Origin: Acidobacteriota bacterium
GTDB taxonomy: Bacteria > Acidobacteriota > UBA890 > WLXD01
DNA: 64,000 nucleotides
Direction: 5' to 3'
Assembly (NCBI GenBank): GCA_965248695.1
Contig: CBDFKD010000002.1
Coordinates: 5,120,001-5,184,000 of the forward strand
The notes below the pieces were generated by a model. It had not been told where the DNA came from, made no database searches, and was given only the letters and a program-made list of their open reading frames with translations. Below are positions 47,743 to 57,535 of this stretch, piece by piece; positions within the stretch are counted from its first letter, which is position 1, and each line of letters opens with the position of its first letter. The position numbers were made by a program, and so were the translations under genes.

Positions 47743-50661
47743 AGCGTCTCTTGTCGACCGCACCCGCACTGGCCAGTGCGATCATCCTCTCGCTCACCGC
47801 AGGCGCCTGTTCCAGTCCCGACCCTGCTGACCAGACGCCGTCCGGCTCGGCCGTCGATCGGCCGCTGATGCCGGACTGGGACGCGGAGCGCAGCGAACGA
47901 CTGGCGTTTTCCGGCGAGCCGTTTCGCACACCGGAGGGCTTTCGCGTCGAGGAAGTTGCCGGCGACGATCTCATCGGATCGGCCGTGAATCTCACGTTCG
48001 CGTGGGATGGCCGCCCCATCGTGGCGCTCGAGCAACGGGGACTCGTAATTCTCGACGACGGCGACGGAGACGGTCGCTACGATCGAATGACACGGCTCTC
48101 AGAAGAGATCAGCACCGCTCACGGCCTTTATGTGCTCGGCCCGGACGATCTGCTCGTGCATGCCGACGGGCCGAGTGATGGCCCCGGCCTCTATCGTGTG
48201 AGCGGCTGGCAGGAGGGTCCCTCGGAGAGCACGGTCGAGCTGCTTCGACGGTCGCGCGGAGGGATCCAGGAGCACGGTCCCCACACGATCACCCGAGGCC
48301 CCGACGGAGCAATTTACCTGCTCTTCGGCAATCATGCCGTTCCCGACATCGAGCCCTCACAGCGCTCACCACTTCGCGCGCTCCAAGAGGATCAGCTACT
48401 ACCCGTCATTCTGGATCCACGCGGTCATGCAAACACCATTCGTGCCCCGGGCGGAACCATCTGGAGAGTCGACCTCGAGGCCGACTCCTGGGAGCTGTTC
48501 GCCGGCGGGCTGCGCAATCCATTCGACATGGCCTTTTCTCCTGCCGGCGGCCTCTTTGTCTACGAGGCGGACATGGAGTGGGATCGCAGTCTCCCGTGGT
48601 ACCGACCCACGCGGGTCCTGCACGCGATCCCGGCCGGCGACTACGGGTGGCGAACCGGCTCCGGCAAAGTAGCGTTCGATAACATCGATACGCTCCCCAG
48701 CGTCGCCGACGTCGGCCGCGGCTCGCCGGTGGGCGTGGCCTTCTACCGCCATCACGCCTACCCCGCGGCGTTCGACGGCGCGTTATTCCTAGGCGATTGG
48801 GCACGTGGCCGCATACGCGTTCTCTTTCCGCAGGAGCACGGCGCTAGCTGGCAGGGGGAGGCCGTCGACTTCGTTCTTCGAGAGCCTCTCAATGTGACCG
48901 ACCTCGCGGTGGGTCCTGACGGCCATCTGTATTTCACCATCGGCGGTCGCCAGACCACTGGTGGGCTGTTCCGAGTGGTCTACGACGGATCCGACGGTGG
49001 CGCCCGAGGGAGCATGCAAGGCGGTCAGGGGAGCGCTGTCGAGAGGGCCTTGCACCAGCCAATGCCGCGATCCGCCTGGGGCCGCGCGGCCATCGCACAG
49101 CAGCGAGCTGCGGCCGGGGCAAGCTGGGGAGAAGGCCTGCGCGACGCTGTCGAGGACACCGATCGATCGAGGTTGGAGAGACAGAGCGCGCTGGAGATCC
49201 TGCAGCTCTATGGCCCGCAACCGTCTGTTGACGATTTGCGGAGATTCCTGGCGGCAGATGATGCCGGCGTACGAGCTACCGTCGTGACCCACCTGGGAAC
49301 CCGAACCGGCCCTAGCGTCTACCGCGCACTGGCAGTCGCACTGGAAGACCCGGATGCGCGCGTTCGGCGCCGGGCGGCAGAGGCGCTGGCGCGCTCCGGG
49401 AGCGCTGGAGAGGGCGCAACCTGCGGACATCGAAGCTATCCTCGCCGGCCTGGTCGGCCTTCTCGACGACGAGGATCGGTTCGTTCGGTACGCTGTCCGC
49501 GAGACGCTCGCTCGAGTGGACCCGGATCGCTGGATCTCCAAAGTGGATCTCGCCGGGCCACCTTCGAACGCCGCGTTCGAGGCGATGCTTGCCTTGGTTC
49601 TCCGTCCGGGCTTTCCCGATGCCGAGCTCGTCTTCGAACATCTGCGCCTTCACGTCCAATCACAACCCGGCGAAGTACTGCTGGGCTCCTATTTACGCGT
49701 GCTCGAGCTCGCCCTGGTGCGCTCCAGGGACGCTGGGGTCGACAGCGTGGAGCTCGAGGGACTGGGCCAGTCCATGTTGGATTGGTTCCCCACGCAACGC
49801 CGCGAGCACAACCGCAAGCTCGAGCGCATCCTCGCCTACCTGGCTCCGCCGGGGGCGGTGGACGCGCTGACGGCAAGGTTGGCGCTCGGCCGGAACCAGG
49901 AGGACGAGATCCACACCCTCTACGCCTTGCGAGCGATCGAAGGCGACTGGAGCGAGGCCCAGCGACAGAGCGTCGTCACCTGGTTCGATCGTGCTCGAGC
50001 GTTCACCGGCGCAGCCAGCATGGTGGGCTATATCGACGCCCTCTGGCAGCGGTGGCTAGCGAACCTCTCCGACGCCGAGCGCGTGGCGGCGGTCGAACGC
50101 CGGCAGGTCTGGTTGAGCGCCGAGCGGGACAGGATCGCGGCACTGGTGGCCGACGAAGACCTGCCGAGCGAGGATGAGCGCCGCATGCTGCGTCAGATGA
50201 GCTTCGATGAGCTGGCAGAGTACGTCGAATACGACGTCATGGCCTACGAGCGCTTCGACCCTGCGCACGGCGAACGCGTCTTCCAGCGTGCCCGTTGTGC
50301 CGACTGCCACGTTTTCGGCGATGTCGGTCGCGGTGGCGGACCCGACCTCTCGACCGTCGTCAGTCGCTTCAGGCGGCGCGAGATCCTGGAGTCGATCGTC
50401 TACCCGTCACGGGTGATCTCCGACCAGTACAGTGCCCTTCGCGTCCGCCTCCGTGACGGACGGAGATACGTCGGCATGCACGCCGCCGAGAGCGAAGAGG
50501 ACCTCGTCCTGATCACCGCTACGGGCGAACGGGTCGTCCTGGACAAACAGCTGGTCAGCGAGCGCGAGCCGGCCGACGTATCCCTGATGCCGGAGGGTCT
50601 ACTCGAGGCCATGAGCTTCGACGACTTGATGAGCCTGATGCGATACCTGGAAGAAGGGTAG
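47739..50661 (+). CDS. PVC-type heme-binding protein (sugar-dehydrogenase-like beta-propeller + HEAT repeats + CxxCH cytochrome c), with a frameshift near 49400
   Basis: TAGAC lipobox; EHGPH, GLRNPFD, DMEWD, YGWR, GRGSPVG; HEAT-like segments; CADCH, GPDLS, SLMPEGL in the second frame. Confidence 0.8.
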
Positions 50662-51074
50662 GGCGGGCGGGTTCGAGCCCCAATGCGCCGTAACCAGGGA
50701 CATGCCCTGGTGCTGGGTGAGCGGCGTAGTCTACGGCCTGGGGCACTGAGGTTTCCGGCCGCCGTGCACGCGAGCCTGGCTACGGCGCACTGGGGCTCGA
50801 ACCCGCCGCCGCGACCGAAGACACTTCTTGCCGGGCGGGCCGGTCGTGCCGCGAACTGAGACGCCGCGGCCCAGCGGTTCCGACGATCGCCCTCTTCCGT
50901 ATTCCGGAGGCTGCCGCGACCTCAGGCGCTGCCGGGGAGGAAGTCGACACACCTCCTTCAACCAGCATCGCGTGCACGGCACACACCACCTAAAGGCGAT
51001 GACGCGCGAGCAAAGGAGTTCCCCTAGCGCCAGGCGATGACGCTGGTAGAAGGAGGTGTGTCGACTTGCTCCGC
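50662..51074. repeat. structured intergenic repeat, copy 2
   Basis: Inverted pairs 50666-50698/50775-50807, 50761-50773/50968-50980, 50936-50959/51049-51072; shares blocks such as CCGCCGTGCACGCGAGCCTGGCTACGG with copy 1. Confidence 0.85.
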
Positions 51075-51109
51075 CCTCGTCTCAATCCCGCTCGCCTGAT
51101 ACCGAAAGA

Positions 51110-52591
51110 TCAATCGCCCGTTTGGCCGAACGTCTCCATGTACCACTTCACGAACCGAGCCGGGCTCCCCTCGTGAGTGGCGTAGCGGCCAGCGCTGTAG
51201 CCGCCCGACTGGATACCGAGGTGGTTGTTGCCGGTAAGCCAGATGTCTTCCATCGTCGTGACGTGCCACAGCGCCTTGAGCTCGTCCGGATCGTAGTCGC
51301 GCCCCTCGACCGCATCCGGATGCACGAGCCAGATGACCTCGTTGTCGGTTCGGTCGTGCGCACGCGGTGTGTATCGGGCGATCATGACGTGGTCGTCGTA
51401 GCCCTGCCAGTAACCGGTTTGCCAGCGGGTCGTGGCGATATCGGTCTCATGGGTCCACGCGATCCTGGTTGGCAGGAGAGGAGCGACGGGGTTGCCATCC
51501 ATGGACCCAGTGACGAACCCCGGGTTGAGCTCGCCGTCAACGTCGCCATAGCCGCCCATGCCTGACGCCCGTCGTTCGGCCGCTGCCGGGACCCACTCGT
51601 CGACCGCCGTCGCGTGGGCGGCCTTCTGTTCGTCGGTGCGCTCTTCGTCGTAGTTGTGCGCTTTCACCAAGGACCCGTGCGCTGGTCCGCAGTGGTAGCA
51701 CTCGATGAAGTTCTCCGTCGCGAGCTTCCAGTTCGACTTCAGCGGGTAGTACTCGCGGGCCGCGACCTTGAGCTTGTCGAAGCGGTAAATTTCGTTCAGC
51801 GCTCGCACACGAGTCACGGTCGATTCGAACTCGGGGGGCGAATCCGATCGAGATAGATTGATGAAGATCTGGCCAGCGGCGACGCGCACATGGCAGGGGA
51901 GAAGTCCGTTGTCCGCCGGGTCGAAATCGTCCTGCATGCCATAGGCGTAGATCAGACTTCCTTCGGTGTCATACGTCCAGGCGTGGTACGGACAGCGGAA
52001 CACCGGCGAGTTGCCGTTCTGGCCAAGCTGCTTCACTGACAAGCGTGGATCCTGCGGCCTCGTATCCGCGTCGTGGCGGCACACCCGTGAGCCGCGGTGC
52101 CGGCAGACATTGTGGAAGGCGCCGACACTTCCGGTCTGGCTACGAACGAGCAGGATGCTCTCCGAGCGCCCGAACTCGAAAACGAAGAAATCGCCCGGGC
52201 TCGGAATGCGGCTCGCCTGGTCGACGTACTGCCAGAGATTCTCCGCCAGGAAAGCCTCCTCCACCGCATAGTGCTTCGGGTCCAGGTAGTACTCGGCCGG
52301 AATCGTGGTGCCTTCTTTCCAGCCGTTGATGCCGGCGTTCTCGGGCACGGTTACTGCGAACCGTGGCGCACCCTTGCCACCGTAGCCCGGTGCTTCCGCC
52401 GGCAAGTCTTTGCGGGCAACCGCAACCGGCGAGCCGATCGCATTCGCTGTTGATGGCCCCTGTGGTGGCGCACCGAACAGGGAGTTGGGCAAAGCGATTG
52501 CCGCGGTCCCAGCGGCTACCGAGGACTTGGCGAACGTGCGGCGGCTTACGCGCTGTCCGCCGTTGACGTCGTGACTGTCCTCGTTGCTCAT
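51110..52591 (-). CDS. Rieske non-heme iron oxygenase alpha subunit (GbcA/Stc2-like) with Tat leader
   Basis: SRRTFAK + hydrophobic stretch; NVCRHRG...CPYHAWTY; NWKLATENFIECYHCGPAH; WHVTTMED. Confidence 0.88.
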   Translation of the reverse strand: MSNEDSHDVNGGQRVSRRTFAKSSVAAGTAAIALPNSLFGAPPQGPSTANAIGSPVAVARKDLPAEAPGYGGKGAPRFAVTVPENAGINGWKEGTTIPAEYYLDPKHYAVEEAFLAENLWQYVDQASRIPSPGDFFVFEFGRSESILLVRSQTGSVGAFHNVCRHRGSRVCRHDADTRPQDPRLSVKQLGQNGNSPVFRCPYHAWTYDTEGSLIYAYGMQDDFDPADNGLLPCHVRVAAGQIFINLSRSDSPPEFESTVTRVRALNEIYRFDKLKVAAREYYPLKSNWKLATENFIECYHCGPAHGSLVKAHNYDEERTDEQKAAHATAVDEWVPAAAERRASGMGGYGDVDGELNPGFVTGSMDGNPVAPLLPTRIAWTHETDIATTRWQTGYWQGYDDHVMIARYTPRAHDRTDNEVIWLVHPDAVEGRDYDPDELKALWHVTTMEDIWLTGNNHLGIQSGGYSAGRYATHEGSPARFVKWYMETFGQTGD

Positions 52592-52660
52592 CTACTTCGC
52601 CTCTCGACTATTCGAACGTTGGTCGACTCGCGCTTTCGCGAACTCGCCGAGCTTCAACGA

Positions 52661-52701
52661 ACGAAAACCGCGGGAGCCGACGAGCAGATCGGCTCCCGCG
52701 G
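52661..52701 (-). terminator. intrinsic terminator after the 52727 Rieske gene
   Basis: 13-bp perfect stem CCGCGGGAGCCGA/TCGGCTCCCGCGG with 8-nt loop, followed by TTTTCGT on the minus strand. Confidence 0.75.
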
Positions 52702-52726
52702 ATTCACTAGCCAACTGACAGAAAGC

Positions 52727-54247
52727 TCAATCGCCGGCCTGGACAATCTCCTTCATGTACCAGTTGATGAAGCTCGACGGCCCGCCCTCGCGCGTTCCAT
52801 ACCGGCCGCCGCTGTATGCGCCGGACTCGACGCCGTCGTGGTTGTTGTCGGTGATCCAGATATCCTCCTGGATCGTGACGTGCCACAGCCCCTTGACGTG
52901 TTCCGGGTCGTAGTCACGGCCCTCGACTGCGTCGGGGTGCACCAGCCAGACGATCTCGGCGTCAGTGAACTTCTCGTTGCGCGGCGTGAACCGAACCACC
53001 ATGACGTGATCGTCGTAGAACTGCCAGTATCCGGTCGACTCTCCGGTGGTCGCGATGATCGTACGGTGGTCGCCTTCCTTTCTGCCGGGCAGCCAAGGTG
53101 CAGCCTGCTTGCCGTCGATCGTGCCAGTGACAAACCCCGGGTTGAGCAGACCAGTGAGGTTCTCATACTGGGGCTCGCCGCCCATACCTCCTCCGCCCAT
53201 GCCGGCATCTTCATCGTCGCGACGACGACGGCTGTCCTCCGGAACCCAGTCCGCCACGGCAGCAGCCTTTTCGTTCATCTGCTGGTCGCTGAGGTCGTGG
53301 TCCCAATTGTGCGTCGTCACCAGGGGTCGGTGGGCCGGGCCGCAGTGGTAGCACTCCTTGAAGTTCTCGAGCGCCAGCTTCCAGTTGGCGTTGATTGGGT
53401 AGGACTCGCGCGCCGCGACCTTGAGGTCTTTCAAGCTGTACTCGGGGGCCAGCCGCCTGAGGGCGGTAACTGCCGAATCGAAATCCGGCGGCGTGTCTGA
53501 CTTCGACAGGTTGACGAAGATCTGGCCTTCGGTAACCCGCGTGTGGCACGGGAGCAAACCGTTGTCGGCCGGGTCGAAGTCGTCCTGCATGCCGTAGGCG
53601 TAGATAAGGCTGCCCTCGGTGTCGTATGTCCAGGCGTGGTACGGGCAGCGGAACACGGGTGAGCTGCCGCTCTGGCCGAGCTGCTTGACCGACAGACGCG
53701 GATCGCTCGGCTTCGAGTCGGAGTCGTGACGGCACAATCGCGATCCGCGGTGACGACAGACGTTGTAGAACCCGCGCACCTCGTTGTCCTGGCCTCGAAC
53801 GATCAGAATGCTCTCGGAGCGACCGAACTCGAAGACGTAGAAGTCGCCCGGGTTCGGAATGCGGCTCTCCTGGTCGGTGTACTGCCAGAAGTTCTCCCCG
53901 ACGAATTTCTCGTCGGCTTCGAAATGCTTCGCCTCGATGTAGTACTCGGCGGGAATCGTCAGGCCCTCTTTCCAGCCGTTGACGCTCGCCTTCTTGGCCA
54001 CCGGGCCGGTGAGCGGGGCTGCGCCCCGGCCGCCGTAGCCAATGTTCTCGTTGCGCGCTTCGACGCGCGCGGCGCGGCCATAGGTGGCCGTGGTTGCGGT
54101 CGTCGTTGCGGCCGTTGCCGGGGTAGCGCCGAAAAGCGATTTCGGGAGAGCGACGGCGGCGGTGCCCGCGGCAACCGAGGACTTGGCGAACGTGCGGCGG
54201 CTTACGCGCGGCCCGCCGTTCTTGTCGTGGTCGTCCTTCTTGCTCAT
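52727..54247 (-). CDS. Rieske non-heme iron oxygenase alpha subunit (paralog) with Tat leader
   Basis: ATG 54247 after AGGAG; SRRTFAK; NVCRHRG...CPYHAWTY; ENFKECYHCGPAH; WHVTIQED. Confidence 0.88.
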   Translation of the reverse strand: MSKKDDHDKNGGPRVSRRTFAKSSVAAGTAAVALPKSLFGATPATAATTTATTATYGRAARVEARNENIGYGGRGAAPLTGPVAKKASVNGWKEGLTIPAEYYIEAKHFEADEKFVGENFWQYTDQESRIPNPGDFYVFEFGRSESILIVRGQDNEVRGFYNVCRHRGSRLCRHDSDSKPSDPRLSVKQLGQSGSSPVFRCPYHAWTYDTEGSLIYAYGMQDDFDPADNGLLPCHTRVTEGQIFVNLSKSDTPPDFDSAVTALRRLAPEYSLKDLKVAARESYPINANWKLALENFKECYHCGPAHRPLVTTHNWDHDLSDQQMNEKAAAVADWVPEDSRRRRDDEDAGMGGGGMGGEPQYENLTGLLNPGFVTGTIDGKQAAPWLPGRKEGDHRTIIATTGESTGYWQFYDDHVMVVRFTPRNEKFTDAEIVWLVHPDAVEGRDYDPEHVKGLWHVTIQEDIWITDNNHDGVESGAYSGGRYGTREGGPSSFINWYMKEIVQAGD

Positions 54248-54506
54248 TTGCGTTCTCCTGGGCCGCGGCAGCGGTGATCGGTCTGGAAGTCCAGAAGTTC
54301 TCCCTCGGCGCCTGGTGCCCGGAAGCGGCACTCACCCCACTTACGCACGCGCAGAGAACCTACTTTCACTTGTCTAGGTACTACGGTTGCGGCCGCACTA
54401 CAACTGGCCGGGCGCCGACCTCCGTATCTTTATCCGGAGCCGGAGCCGCAGCACCTCCTGCTGCATCTATCATCCTTCCATGCCGGTGAACGGTCGACCG
54501 TACCCC

Positions 54507-56320
54507 TCAGGTACGTTCCGCCCAGGGGTATTGGAACTCGGGACGAATCACGTCGGTCAGCAGCTCCTGCACGGCGCGGTGTGCCTGCTCGAAGGCCGCC
54601 TGGGTTAGCGAGATGGCTGCGGCGTCCGAGTTGGCGATCGTGATGCGCCCGAAACGCTGTCGCCCAACGACCCATGGCGCCTCGTCATAACCCCAGTCGG
54701 GGTCATACAGGTCATTGGCGCCGCCCGCATAGCCATGCGGCCAGCGGTTGACGGTGATCCCGGCAATGTCGCGCGCCGGGTCGAACCCGCCGTCGCCGAG
54801 CGCCCGGCCGAGCTGGTCGCGGATGCTGCGCTCGAAGGTCTCGAAGCTTGTCGCCTGAAGCTCCTCGCGTCCAGCGCGAAACTGATCTCGCGCCGACAGT
54901 CCGGGCCGAATGGGAAGGCGCTGCAGCCACAACAGGATGGGCTCGTCGGGAGAGGCGGAATGGCGGTAGTCCCCGACGTTGACGCCCCAGTCCAGATCGA
55001 TGAACTCGTGGAACCCACCCGGGCTGTGGATGGCACCGACACCCAGGTTGGCAAACGCCGTCCAGTTCTCGATCGCAACCTGCGTGTAGACGTACGGCTT
55101 CCGTACCGCCAGCTTCAGGGCCTCCTTCTGTGCCTCCGGAACCTCCGGACACAGGTACGGAATCATTGCGTTGTAGCAGGCCATTACGCAGCTGCCGCCG
55201 CCGACGCGGACCGCCCGCCCGTTCTGCACGTAGGTCACCGCGACCTCGTTGGCTGCGCGTCGCTCGCCCGCGTGGCGCGCACTCACCACCGTGCTGTTGA
55301 GACGGATGCGTACCGGATTGCCGGCCTTGTCCAGCTGCGAGTAACGGATCGGCGTGGTTACCGAATCCTCCATCGTCGTCCCCGGCAGCGCCGCCGGAAT
55401 GAGCCAACGGACCATTAGCCGCGCGATGCTGGCATTGCCGTCCGGGAAGTGAATTCCCTGGAATGGGTTGTCGCCCGGGGCAGCGTTGCGCGCCGGACGT
55501 TCGAGACCCTCATCTTTCGCAGTCGGGCGATCTTCTCCTCGTCGCTCAACTCCGGTAAATAGTCGCGGTTCTCGGTATAGAGCTGCAGGATGCCCGCCTT
55601 GGCGGCTTCCGATAGGGGTGTTTGGGCAAGGAAGTCGGTCCAGCGACGGCGCGCCTGGGCACCGCGTGCCCGCCTTGGCTCGCCGACGACCAGGCGGTCT
55701 GTGCCGAAGGTCTCGCGGTCGAAGAACACGCCGCCGCGCAGACCCATCTCACTGTAGAGGTCGTTCGCCGAGCCGCCAGGGAAGCGCTCCGCGCTCACGC
55801 CGATATCCTCGAGGAGATCCTTGGCCTCCGCCGGATAGTACCCGGTGATGAATTGGGTGCCGCCGTAGCCGATCAACTGCCGGTCGCCGACGGTGAACTC
55901 GACGCGTTTGGCATGCCCACCGAAGTCGTCATGATTGTCGAGAACGAGCACCCGGGCTTCGGGGAGCGCCTTGCGAAAGTAGTAGGCGGCGGCAAGGCCA
56001 CTGAGCCCGGCGCCGACCACCACCAGGTCGTACTGCTCGCCCGATTCCTCTGCCTCGTTCCAGGTCTTGCCGTAGCGCATCTCGTGCGCCACCTCGAAGG
56101 AACCGTCGTGGCTGCCGCGCATGCCGGTGAGCCTCGGCGGGTAGTAGCTTTCCGGGTCCTGTGTGGGCGTCGCATGGCTGCCTGGGGGCTGGCCGGTAGG
56201 CACGGTGGCGGAGGCTCCAATCGCTGCTGCCGAGCCTCCAACGGCGACGCTGCTGCCGTTAAGGAAATCCCTTCGAGTGATTCGGCGGTCCATACCAAGC
56301 TGCTTGTCAGTCCTTTTCAC
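54507..56320 (-). pseudogene. SpdH-like flavoprotein (paralog 3), internal deletion with frameshift at about 55509
   Basis: TRRDFLNG leader and same C-terminus DVIRPEFQYPWAERT as 44957 gene; after RLRKM it jumps out of frame to GLERP...HFPDGN, lacking about 50 aa present in the paralog. Confidence 0.82.
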
Positions 56321-56468
56321 GGTCGAGTCCCCTTCTCCAGTTTTCGATCGGATACGGCTCGGTATGGACTTCCTGCGCCGGGATACTGGACTTCTTGCGC
56401 CAGATTGGAAACCCTGTACGGCACTCAGCGAGTTTCTTTGCGCGGTCCCACCGGTGAGGAGGTACGAG

Positions 56469-56978
56469 ATGCGGCAGGTTCAAGGAATGGGGAAGCTCAT
56501 AGTGGTCATGGTCGCGGCGGTGTTTGTCGTTGCTTGCGGCGACAGCGAGCCAGCACCGGAGCCGGAGCCAGAGCCCGAAGCGGCAATGCCGACCGCTGAG
56601 GACGAAGTGCGTGAACGGATGATGGAGTTTGTCGGCGCGTATGGCTCCAACGATGTGGAGGGCTACATCGGCTCGTTCGCGGCCGATGGGACGCAGTGGT
56701 GGCCGGGTCGACGGGTGACGCGCGCCGAGTACCACGATCTGTGGAGCGGCGTTGTCGGCGGCGGCGGTGGTCTGACGGAAGCCAACATAAGCGATCTACA
56801 GATCCACACATCGCCCGGCGGCGACGGCGCGGTGGCATCGTACCTGCTGAAGGTGAAGCGCATCTCGGACGATCCCGAAAGCGTGGATGCCACTTACCAG
56901 ATGTCGGCGACTTGGTTTAAGCGCGACGGAAAGTGGGAGATCATTCATTTCCACTGGAACCCTGTTACCAGCGGCTAG
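56469..56978 (+). CDS. NTF2/SnoaL-like (DUF4440) lipoprotein
   Basis: RBS GAGGAGG; VVAC lipobox, PEPEPE linker, AYGSNDVEGY...WFKRDGKWEIIHFHW. Confidence 0.78.
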   Translation: MRQVQGMGKLIVVMVAAVFVVACGDSEPAPEPEPEPEAAMPTAEDEVRERMMEFVGAYGSNDVEGYIGSFAADGTQWWPGRRVTRAEYHDLWSGVVGGGGGLTEANISDLQIHTSPGGDGAVASYLLKVKRISDDPESVDATYQMSATWFKRDGKWEIIHFHWNPVTSG

Positions 56979-57002
56979 CAGCTCAGGGAGACGTTGATCG
57001 AG

Positions 57003-57485
57003 ATGCGACAAGCAATCGGACGATCTTTGCTGGTAGCGGTCGGCGCGATGGCCATGTTTGCTGCTTCCGCAGCGACCGCGCAGGAGCCTGAGGTTCTCGA
57101 GCAGGAAGTGCGCGATGCTGTCGAGCAGCTCACCGCCACCTACGCTGCGAACGACATCGACGGCTACTTCGCGCTCTACGCACCCGAGCTCACCTGGTGG
57201 GGGCCGAACGGCAGGTGGGACAAGGGGTCCTATCTGGCGTACTGGACCGAGTACATCGAATCTACCGGCGGCCTTGCCTCGGCAGAGAACACCGATGTAC
57301 AGGTCGCGGTGTCGCCGAGCGGGGATCTGGCGTCAGCGTCGTACCTGCTATCGGTCACACGGGCCAACCCCGGGGATGCGCCCCCGGCGGTGACCTACCA
57401 GATGTCGCCGACCCTGGTGAAACGCAGTGGCAGCTGGACGATCGTCCATCTCCACTTCCAGGTGGTGCCGGAGCCTGAGGAGTAG
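57003..57485 (+). CDS. secreted NTF2/SnoaL-like protein (tandem paralog)
   Basis: Signal peptide; TYAANDIDGY, ASYLL, TYQMS, VKRSGSWTIVHLHF shared with upstream gene. Confidence 0.8.
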   Translation: MRQAIGRSLLVAVGAMAMFAASAATAQEPEVLEQEVRDAVEQLTATYAANDIDGYFALYAPELTWWGPNGRWDKGSYLAYWTEYIESTGGLASAENTDVQVAVSPSGDLASASYLLSVTRANPGDAPPAVTYQMSPTLVKRSGSWTIVHLHFQVVPEPEE

Positions 57486-57535
57486 ACAGACAGGTCGCGC
57501 CGGCGGTCCGGTGGCGCAAGGGGGAAAGGCAGGCA

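Noticed and set aside
49400-50177. C-terminal 280 aa of the 834-aa ORF as real protein
   Set aside because: Arg/Gly-rich out-of-frame read-through; the HEAT and cytochrome motifs are in the 49354-50661 frame.
50669-50681. tRNA T-arm-like GGGTTCGAGCCCC
   Set aside because: No D arm, anticodon arm or acceptor stem; it is part of repeat arm C and absent from copy 1.
56547-56579. Short GAGCCG-type tandem repeat
   Set aside because: Encodes an ordinary Pro-Glu lipoprotein linker with degenerate codons.
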